Assembly: GCA_965213675.1 (NCBI GenBank)
Contig: OZ243916.1
Location: 64,001 to 128,000 of the forward strand
Source: an uncultured Candidatus Binatia bacterium
GTDB lineage: Bacteria > Desulfobacterota > Binatia > UBA9968 > JAJDTQ01
DNA length: 64,000 bases
Direction of reading: 5' to 3'
Of the stretch, positions 1 to 7,304 are shown in pieces; position 1 is the stretch's first letter; every line of letters begins with the position of its first letter. The position numbers and the translations under genes are program-made. The notes below the pieces were generated by a model, which saw only the letters and a program-made list of their open reading frames with translations, made no database searches and had not been told where the DNA came from.

Positions 1-852
1 GCTGAAGCGTCGATTTCGACCTTGCTTGCCGCCGTGGTGGCGGATGGAGTCGAGCGGTCCGGACCGCTGGGGGCGGGCGGGGTCGCCGCGATATTCCTGG
101 GCGATCTCGCCAGCCGGGAAGTTTATCCCGGCGTTGCCATCGACATGATGTTCGTTCATGACGGCGGCGAGTCCGGCGAGGAAGAGCGCCTGTGCCGGGG
201 TTTCCGGGATGCCTTGACCGACCTGGCGCACGACAGCCTGTTGTTCTCCTCGATTCCGCCCGGCTCGAATTCGCTGTCGGCGTTGCCGCTTGCCGGACTG
301 GCCGAGCATCGCGGCAAGCGTGCTTCCGGGGGAATTCCCGTGCTCACCCGGGCACGGTGCGTGTTCGAGTGCGGCGACTCCGGCATCGGCGGCCGCTTCG
401 ATGAGGCACGGCGCGAAGCCTTGGCCGGATGCGGGGCGAACGAGCCCCTGATCGGCAAGCTGCGCGAGCCGCTGGAAGGCGCCGCCGAAATCAGCGTGTC
501 CACATACGCCCGTATGCGCGGAGGGTTGGAGGCTGTCGAGAGGGCCGCGCGCTTCCTGCAGTTGACCAATGGCGGCGCGGGCTCCGACGATCCGGCTCCG
601 CCCGCCGCGGCGCTGCTTCATGGCGCTGGCGCGGAGCCGCTGGCGCGGGCCGCGTCCCTGTGGCGGGACTTGCAGGGCATCACGCGCCTCATCGGCGGGG
701 ATGGGTTCGACGCGGCCGCGGCAAGGCCGCGGGTCCAGTCGTTGGTCGCGAGCGCTTGCGGGCACGAGGACTTCGATGCGCTGAAGGCGGCGGTCGCCGA
801 GACCGCGTCCCGCGCCGCCGCTGAGATCGATGCGCTTCTTTCCCGCGCATGA
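1..852 (+). CDS. GlnE (glutamine-synthetase adenylyltransferase)-like nucleotidyltransferase-fold protein, 3' part only, degenerate motifs
   Basis: Frame is open from base 1. GGVAAIFLGDLASREVYPGVAIDMMFVHD resembles the GlnE 'AVLGMGKLGGRELxxGSDLDLIFVY' block, and RGGLEAVERAARFLQL resembles 'RGGLVDIEFIAQYLQL'. The stop overlaps the YcaO start (ATGA at 849-852). Confidence 0.6.
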   Translation, partial: AEASISTLLAAVVADGVERSGPLGAGGVAAIFLGDLASREVYPGVAIDMMFVHDGGESGEEERLCRGFRDALTDLAHDSLLFSSIPPGSNSLSALPLAGLAEHRGKRASGGIPVLTRARCVFECGDSGIGGRFDEARREALAGCGANEPLIGKLREPLEGAAEISVSTYARMRGGLEAVERAARFLQLTNGGAGSDDPAPPAAALLHGAGAEPLARAASLWRDLQGITRLIGGDGFDAAAARPRVQSLVASACGHEDFDALKAAVAETASRAAAEIDALLSRA

Positions 853-3209
853 AGGCGCCGGAGGTGCCGGCTGATCCGGCGCGGAAGACCCCGATGCAAG
901 CGCAGACGGACGCGAATCCCCGGCGCGGAATCCTGATCAGGACGACTCCCGCGGACGAGGGTCTCGTCAAGCTTCCCGCGCTTGCTCCGCACCTGCAATT
1001 CCACGATATCGGCGAACAGCAGACCCTGCTGGTCTCCGAGTCGTTCAATACCCTGCTGCACGGCCAGCTGTATGGCGATCTGCTGCCGCTGCTGGACGGC
1101 CGGAACCCGCCGGACGAGATTGCCGGCGCCCTCGAGGGTGCCCATGCCGCCGCCGATGTTCTCGCGGCGATCGTCGCGCTCTCCGCCAAGGGCTATGTGG
1201 TTTCCGCCGATCATGGCCTGGACCGGGGCCGGGCGGCTTACTGGACGTCACTCGGCGCGTCGCCACGCTGGGTCGAACAACGGCTGGCGGAATCGCGCAT
1301 CGCGGTCGAAGGCGGCGACGGCGGGTTCATCCGGCATCTGGAAGAGAGCGGCGCCCGTTTGGGGACTGGCGCCCCCGGGCTCACCGTTGTTGTCTGCGAC
1401 GACTATCTCGGAGCACGCCTTGCGGAAGTGAATCGGCGCCAGCTCGAGGTGAGAGCGCCGTGGACGCTGGTGCGGCCGCGCGGCATGCAGGCGCTCTTCG
1501 GCCCTGTCTTTCCCGCGGACAAACAGGGACCCTGCTGGGAGTGTCTGGCGTACCGCTTGCGCAACCATCAGGAAGTCCACGGTTTCCTGCGCAACATTGC
1601 CGGCGAGGAGGGCGCCTTCAAGCCGTTCGCGGCCCAGCCCGCGGTGCTGGAGGCCCTGTACGGGCTGATGGCGGCGGAGATCGTCAAATGGCTGGTGCTG
1701 GATGAGGCCGCCCCGATTCACGAACGGGCGATGGCGATGAATGTCGGCGCCTTCGCAAGTTCGCAGCATCGGGTCATGCGCCGGCCGCAGTGCCTGGCCT
1801 GTGGCGACGAAGCGTTGCACCGGTCGGATCGATCGCCGGTTCCGCTGCGTCTGAACCCGAGCCCCAAGTGCCATTGCAACAGCGGCGGTGCGCGCTCCGT
1901 GGCGCCGGAGGTCACCCTGGCGAAGTACCGCCACTTGGTGAGCCCGATCAGTGGCGTCGTGACCTGGCTTTCGCGCACCACCGACGAGGCTGATGCCTGG
2001 CTGCATGTCTATTGGGCCGGGAGCAATCTCGGCATGCGAAGCCGGAGCTTGAGCTCGCTCAGACGCAGCCTGCGCAGCAAGAGCGCTGGCAAGGGCAGCA
2101 CACGGGAGCAATCCGAGGTCAGCGCGCTGTGCGAGGCGGTCGAGCGCTATTCGGGCGCCTTTCACGGTGACGAGATCCGCGTCCGCAAGCGATTCAACGA
2201 GTTCGCCGAGGGAGAGGCAATCCATCCCAACGATGCGCAGCTCTTCAGCGACCATCAGCTCGACAACGCGGAGAGCATCAACGCGAAGGGCCATCCCTAC
2301 AACATCGTGCCGCCGCGTCTCGAACCCGACGCCGAGATCGACTGGACGCCGGTGTGGTCGCTTACGCGGCGGCGGCATCGCCATCTGCCGGCGTCCATGC
2401 TTTACAGCATGCCGGCCGAACAGCGCGGCCCCTCGGACCTGATCGCCGATTCCAACGGCTGCGCGGCGGGCAACACGTTGGAAGAGGCCATCCTGCAGGG
2501 TTTCTATGAACTGGCCGAGCGCGATGCGTTCGCCATCTGGTGGTACAACCGCCTGCGAGTGCCCGCGGTCGATCTGGCGAGCTTCGGCGACGAGTATCTG
2601 GCATCGGCCACGGACCATTACGCCCGCTACGAGCGGGACATGTGGATGCTCGACGTCACCTCGGATATCGGCGTTCCCACGTTCGTCGCGCTTTCAAACC
2701 GGCCGGACGCCAAGACCGAGGACATCATCTACGGCGCCGGCGCCCACGCCGACCCGCGCATAGCGGCCCTGCGTGCGGTGTGCGAGTTGAACCAGTGCCT
2801 TACCTGGCTGCCACGTCCCGGAAGCGGCGATGGCCGGCCCATGATCGACGATCCGCTGGCGCTTTGGTGGTGGAAGACGGGGCGACTCGCCGACTGCTCC
2901 TGGCTGGTCCCCGCGGGGGACGTTCCCTTGCGTAGCGCCGCGAGCTATCCGGTGATCGAATCGACCGACACACGCGAGGACGTGGAGTATTGCCGCGGGC
3001 TTGTGGAAGTCAAGGGGATGGAGTTTCTGGTGCTGGACCAGACCCGGCCCGACATCGGTATGCCTGTGGTGCGGGTCATCGTGCCGGGCATGCGCCACTT
3101 TTGGGCAAGATTTGCGCCTGGCCGCCTTTACGAAGTGCCGGTCAGCATGGGCTGCCGGGAACGCCCCCTCGCTGAAGACGAACTGAATCCCGTACCAGTC
3201 ATCGCGTGA
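849..3209 (+). CDS. srpC: Fused TOMM cyclodehydratase (leader-binding/E1-like C domain plus azoline-forming YcaO D domain), SrpC-like
   Basis: 786 aa. Contains GPCWECL and CLAC Cys pairs, YcaO motifs SAGKG, EAVERYS, SNGCAAG and ELAERDA, and a Pro-rich C-terminus ELNPVPVIA typical of azoline-forming YcaOs. Lies next to an NHLP precursor. Confidence 0.92.
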   Translation: MKAPEVPADPARKTPMQAQTDANPRRGILIRTTPADEGLVKLPALAPHLQFHDIGEQQTLLVSESFNTLLHGQLYGDLLPLLDGRNPPDEIAGALEGAHAAADVLAAIVALSAKGYVVSADHGLDRGRAAYWTSLGASPRWVEQRLAESRIAVEGGDGGFIRHLEESGARLGTGAPGLTVVVCDDYLGARLAEVNRRQLEVRAPWTLVRPRGMQALFGPVFPADKQGPCWECLAYRLRNHQEVHGFLRNIAGEEGAFKPFAAQPAVLEALYGLMAAEIVKWLVLDEAAPIHERAMAMNVGAFASSQHRVMRRPQCLACGDEALHRSDRSPVPLRLNPSPKCHCNSGGARSVAPEVTLAKYRHLVSPISGVVTWLSRTTDEADAWLHVYWAGSNLGMRSRSLSSLRRSLRSKSAGKGSTREQSEVSALCEAVERYSGAFHGDEIRVRKRFNEFAEGEAIHPNDAQLFSDHQLDNAESINAKGHPYNIVPPRLEPDAEIDWTPVWSLTRRRHRHLPASMLYSMPAEQRGPSDLIADSNGCAAGNTLEEAILQGFYELAERDAFAIWWYNRLRVPAVDLASFGDEYLASATDHYARYERDMWMLDVTSDIGVPTFVALSNRPDAKTEDIIYGAGAHADPRIAALRAVCELNQCLTWLPRPGSGDGRPMIDDPLALWWWKTGRLADCSWLVPAGDVPLRSAASYPVIESTDTREDVEYCRGLVEVKGMEFLVLDQTRPDIGMPVVRVIVPGMRHFWARFAPGRLYEVPVSMGCRERPLAEDELNPVPVIA

Positions 3210-3217
3210 GGAGACAT

Positions 3218-4336
3218 ATGGATATTGACCAGGCCGTTACGCTGACCCAGGACCGTCTCGCCCAGGAGGGGGAGACCATGGGCGACCTGCTCGGGCACTT
3301 CCGAAACAGGGTTTCGCCGGTCCTGGTCGGCGGCCCGCAATGGGAGCGCATACTCGACTGCGCCGGGCAACTCCCCATCACCATGGGCGCCCTGCCGTTC
3401 GGCTTCGAGTTGCCGCTGCACGAGCCCGGGCCCGAGGCCGATTTCGGCGCTTCGCTGGCGAGCGGAACCCGGACGGCGGCGTTCTTCCAGAAGCGCGCCT
3501 GGGCCGATGAGACGGATGAGTCTGCCAGGGCCATCACGCGATTGTTCGGACAAATGGATGCCGGAGATTCACGCCTGCAGGAAATTGTCGGCCGCAAGTT
3601 GATGCTGGAATACGACATCGGCTCGGCGGGAGACGGTGAACGTTCGCATCCGGGCATGTTCCTGCGGCCCGGTGAACGCCCGATTGTCGGAGCCCGCGGC
3701 CAGGTGGATGATGTCCGTACGGTGGTGGATGCGCTCGTTTCCTGCGTCGGTTGGGAGGGGAATGACGCCGAGGGGGAGAACGTCGAACGAGCTTACCTGG
3801 CGCAGCCGGGGGACACGCGCCTGGACTCGTTCGGTGTATTCCCGTCGCGTTCACGGTCCATCCGCTTGGCGATCATGGGCTTCAAGGGGCAGGAGGAACT
3901 ACGTGCCTATCTTGAGGAGGCGGGTTGGCCCGGTCGGCTACCGGCCGTCGACGCCGTGATTTCGCGCTTCAAGGAACGCGCGAATATTGTCAGGACCGGG
4001 GTGAATGTCGACGTACGGGAAGAGGGTCTCGGTCCGACGCTCGGCCTGACGCTCATCGTCAAGCAGAGATATACAAAAGATTCACGTTACTGGCTCGACG
4101 GCCTGACCGACTGGGATCCGTTCCTGGAAGCCCTGGGCCGTGAGGAACTCGTCGTTCCGGAAAAGCTTGCGGAGCTCGCCGGCTGGGTGTCGAAAGCGAC
4201 GCCGCTATTCGGGAAGTCCGGGCGTTTCGTGCTGATGCGCGGCATTCACCACATAAAGCTGGTCATATCCGGCGATCAGCTTCGAGAAGCCAAAGCCTAT
4301 GTGTTCATGGTGCTCTCGGCAGCGGTGCCCTTTTGA
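3218..4336 (+). CDS. Uncharacterised RiPP-cluster protein (372 aa), candidate tailoring enzyme
   Basis: RBS GAGGAG at 3208-3213 precedes ATG 3218, just after the YcaO stop. Soluble protein with motifs FGFELPL, LEYD and HHIKLV...EAKAYV. No confident family call. Confidence 0.75.
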   Translation: MDIDQAVTLTQDRLAQEGETMGDLLGHFRNRVSPVLVGGPQWERILDCAGQLPITMGALPFGFELPLHEPGPEADFGASLASGTRTAAFFQKRAWADETDESARAITRLFGQMDAGDSRLQEIVGRKLMLEYDIGSAGDGERSHPGMFLRPGERPIVGARGQVDDVRTVVDALVSCVGWEGNDAEGENVERAYLAQPGDTRLDSFGVFPSRSRSIRLAIMGFKGQEELRAYLEEAGWPGRLPAVDAVISRFKERANIVRTGVNVDVREEGLGPTLGLTLIVKQRYTKDSRYWLDGLTDWDPFLEALGREELVVPEKLAELAGWVSKATPLFGKSGRFVLMRGIHHIKLVISGDQLREAKAYVFMVLSAAVPF

Positions 4337-4354
4337 CATCCGTCTAAACTCGGC

Positions 4355-4401
4355 AAAAAGTTAGACCCTGTCACCCCCGCAATCGCGGGTGACGGGGTCT
4401 A
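4355..4401 (-). terminator. Intrinsic terminator between convergent genes (U-tract on the minus strand, serving the precursor gene)
   Basis: Stem TAGACCCTGTCACCCCCGC-AATC-GCGGGTGACGGGGTCTA (4362-4401), preceded by AAAAAG on the plus strand. Confidence 0.7.
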
Positions 4402-4473
4402 TTTCAAGCTGTGCACGGATGCGGGGATCCGGATGGTTCCGCATCCTCACCGGCTACACGCCGGCTGTTGGTT

Positions 4474-4725
4474 TTACCAGCAGCAGCAAAGGCCCGCCGA
4501 GATCGCTTCGAGCTGTTCCTCTGTGATGTTCGGATCTGGCGGCAACGCGAGATGCACCGTCTGCATGTCGCTCTCGTGGACCTTGATGGTCATCGAGTCG
4601 GGAATCGTAATGCCCAATTCCCCGCTGATGGTAGCCTTCGGATCCGAGAGAAGTTTCTGCCTGAAATCGGTGTCCAGGGAAGACTTCTCGACAATTTGCT
4701 GCAGCATTTCATCACCACTTCTCAT
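4474..4725 (-). CDS. srpE: NHLP (nitrile-hydratase-like leader) proteusin precursor; 78-aa leader ending ISAG, core LCCCW
   Basis: Leader motifs DFRQKLLSDPKA, VHLALPP and ITEEQLEAISAG (double-glycine-type site). Core L-C-C-C-W at 4477-4491, then TAA. Strong RBS GAAGGAGG. Confidence 0.95.
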   Translation of the reverse strand: MRSGDEMLQQIVEKSSLDTDFRQKLLSDPKATISGELGITIPDSMTIKVHESDMQTVHLALPPDPNITEEQLEAISAGLCCCW

Positions 4726-4770
4726 GGCAAACCCTCCTTCTCTCGGAACTACTATTACAATTCCAGCTGT

Positions 4771-4800
4771 ATATTAGCATGACAATATTCCCAGGGTCAA
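4771..4800 (-). promoter_or_regulatory. Sigma70-type promoter of the precursor gene
   Basis: Minus strand reads TTGACC (4800-4795), an 18-bp spacer, then TAATAT (4776-4771) preceded by TGc (extended -10), in an AT-rich intergenic region. Confidence 0.6.
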
Positions 4801-4907
4801 GACCTTCAAGTACCATATCTGGTATGTATCGTTCACTCAACGTCGACTCTTAAACTCTCACGACGATGTTGCAAGGTCCTGTCGCCAAGTGCCTCATGGT
4901 CGATGAA

Positions 4908-7241
4908 CTAGGGCGCAACCGCGGCCGTCTGCCCGGACTTCCGGTCCACCGTCGTCAACAGCGCCGGCAGGAGCGTCAGGTCGGCGACGAGCGCGGAACC
5001 GATGATCATCGCGGTCAGGACCCCCACCTGTGCGGTGGGAACGAACGGCGAGAATACCAGTATGAGGAAGCCGGCCACCAGCACGACCGTCGTTGTGAAC
5101 ATGGCCTGGCCGGCGGTGTCAAAGGCGTGACGCACCGCTTCTTCGGCGCCCAGGCCGTCCTGAGACCGCGCACGGCGGTACTTGCTGAGAAAATGCACGG
5201 TATCGTCCACGACGATGCCTACGGTCATGGCCACCACCACGGACAGCGAGAGTCCCACCTGTCCGACCGTCAAACCCCAGACGCCGAAGCCCAGCACCGC
5301 GGGGACCAGATTGGGAGCGATGCTTATCAGACCCAGCCGCAGCGACTGCAAGGCGAAGAGGAGAATGGCGGAAATGGCCAGCAGCACGACCATGGTCCCG
5401 ACCACCATGGCGCGGATGTTGCGCTGTCCGATGTAGGCGAACAGCGCCGCGGGGCCGGTACTGTTGACGCCGCCGACATGCGGCGCGTTCTCCCTGAGCC
5501 AGGCCTCGGCACGCGCGTTCAGCTCAAGCAGCTCGCGCGAAGAAAGCGTCTCCGCCGATATCGTCACCCGCGTGGCGGACCTGGATCTGTCGAGCTGATT
5601 GTTCAGGTTCAGACCCTGCGGTAGCGAGAGCTCGTAGAGCACCAGGTATTGTGCCGCCAGTTCCTTGCTTTGCGGGATCCGGTAGGCGGCCGGATCGTCG
5701 CCGTGCATGCTCTTGTTGAGTTGCCGAAAGGTGTCGGTGATGACCGCCACGTGGCGTACAGGGGACTGCTGACGGTACCAGTCGGCGAAGTTGGCCACGT
5801 CAGCGAGGAAACGGGGGGCGGTGACACCGCCCTCGACGGATGCCTCCAGTGAGTATTCGATCAGGGTATTGCCGCTCAGGCGTTCGTCCATGAAATCGGT
5901 ATCCTGACGGAACTCGACGCTCTCATCGAAGAAATGGACCAGGACGTCATTGAGCTCGTTTCGCGGAATGGCCAGAATCATCGCGGTCACGACCACCAGC
6001 CATCCCCAGATGATCACCTTTCTGTAGCGCAGCACGGCATCCGCAACGAGCTTCATGACGGGCGCCCGGAGCCGGCGGTCCTTTGCCGCACGAATGGGAA
6101 GAAGCGAAAGCACGGCCGGCAGAAAGGTTACGGACAGAAGGAAGGAGGCGCCGACACCGAAAGCGACGAAGTTGCCCAGGTGACGGTAGGGAGGCACCTC
6201 GGAGAAGTTCATGCTCAGGAAGCCAAGCGTCGTCGTGAGGCTCGCGAGAAACACCGGATGCAGGTTGAGACGGATGGATTCGACGATGGCGTCGTGCCTG
6301 GATTCCCCGGCGCGCAGATGCCGCTGCAAAGCCACCAGCAGGTGCACGCAGTTGGCCACGACGATCATCAGGACGATGGTCGGCGCCGGGGAGATGGGCG
6401 GGGAAAAGGGTAAGCCGGCCCACACTCCCAGGCCCACCGACGCGAGAATGGAAAAGATCATGACCGTTCCGGTGGCTGCCACCCCCGCCCATCCGCGGGT
6501 GAGGATGCCGAGGATCAAGCCCATGAGCAGAAGGCTTGCGGGCAGAAAGATCATCTGGCTGCGGATGGAGGCTTCCACGAAGGTTTGGTTGACCATGACC
6601 GTGCCGACGACGCGGAGGTCCAGGCCGGGAAATCGTTCTTCCGCCTGCGCAGCCACCGATCTGGCGTATTCGGCCACTTCGGTCACGGCCTCCAGCAGGC
6701 CCTCCTCCGGCAGTTCAATGGTGACGCTGACAACGCTGACGTCACCGTTGCGGGCCAGAATACTCCCTGCGATGCGCGGGTCGGACAAGGCGATGGCGCG
6801 GACTCGGGACCGTGTTTCGGCCTGGGTCAGCTTTTGCGGGTCCACCAGGTCCCGCACGTACAAGTCGTCGCCGTCGGCGGTCGTGTATTGAAAGTTGGCG
6901 AGGGAGTCGACGCGCCTCGTGTAGGGTGTCCGCCAAGCGGCTTCCGTGAGCCAGACGGCGGCCGCGAGCGCGTCTGGCGACGTGGCGTCGCCATCGTCGG
7001 GAACGATCAGGAACGCGACGTTTTCGTTCTTCCCGTAAGTGTCCTCCAGCGCTTCCAGTGCCAGAAGCTGCGGATTGTCCTCGTCGAAGAAGATGCGGTA
7101 GTTGGCGGAGAATTCGAGCCGGGCAATGCCGCCGGCCGCCGCCGCGACCCACAACAGCGTGGCCAGGATGACCAGCCAGCGGCGGGCGAGCACCCACCTG
7201 GCGAATCGGGTCGCAAGTGGCTCTGTGGCTCCGGACGGCAT
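4908..7241 (-). CDS. MMPL/RND-family transporter
   Basis: 777 aa with two repeats of TM1, a periplasmic loop and 5 TMs. Motifs ASLTTTLGFLS and GIVVDDTVHFL. Confidence 0.9.
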   Translation of the reverse strand: MPSGATEPLATRFARWVLARRWLVILATLLWVAAAAGGIARLEFSANYRIFFDEDNPQLLALEALEDTYGKNENVAFLIVPDDGDATSPDALAAAVWLTEAAWRTPYTRRVDSLANFQYTTADGDDLYVRDLVDPQKLTQAETRSRVRAIALSDPRIAGSILARNGDVSVVSVTIELPEEGLLEAVTEVAEYARSVAAQAEERFPGLDLRVVGTVMVNQTFVEASIRSQMIFLPASLLLMGLILGILTRGWAGVAATGTVMIFSILASVGLGVWAGLPFSPPISPAPTIVLMIVVANCVHLLVALQRHLRAGESRHDAIVESIRLNLHPVFLASLTTTLGFLSMNFSEVPPYRHLGNFVAFGVGASFLLSVTFLPAVLSLLPIRAAKDRRLRAPVMKLVADAVLRYRKVIIWGWLVVVTAMILAIPRNELNDVLVHFFDESVEFRQDTDFMDERLSGNTLIEYSLEASVEGGVTAPRFLADVANFADWYRQQSPVRHVAVITDTFRQLNKSMHGDDPAAYRIPQSKELAAQYLVLYELSLPQGLNLNNQLDRSRSATRVTISAETLSSRELLELNARAEAWLRENAPHVGGVNSTGPAALFAYIGQRNIRAMVVGTMVVLLAISAILLFALQSLRLGLISIAPNLVPAVLGFGVWGLTVGQVGLSLSVVVAMTVGIVVDDTVHFLSKYRRARSQDGLGAEEAVRHAFDTAGQAMFTTTVVLVAGFLILVFSPFVPTAQVGVLTAMIIGSALVADLTLLPALLTTVDRKSGQTAAVAP

Positions 7242-7304
7242 CCTTACGAGTCCATCCCATCACGAACATGGAACGAATATTTCCGGCCGGTCCGCATGTT
7301 CGAA

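Noticed and set aside
4411-4782. Plus-strand ORFs over the precursor, or additional precursor genes
   Set aside because: Antisense to a clear NHLP gene. No second NHLP leader was found in the window.
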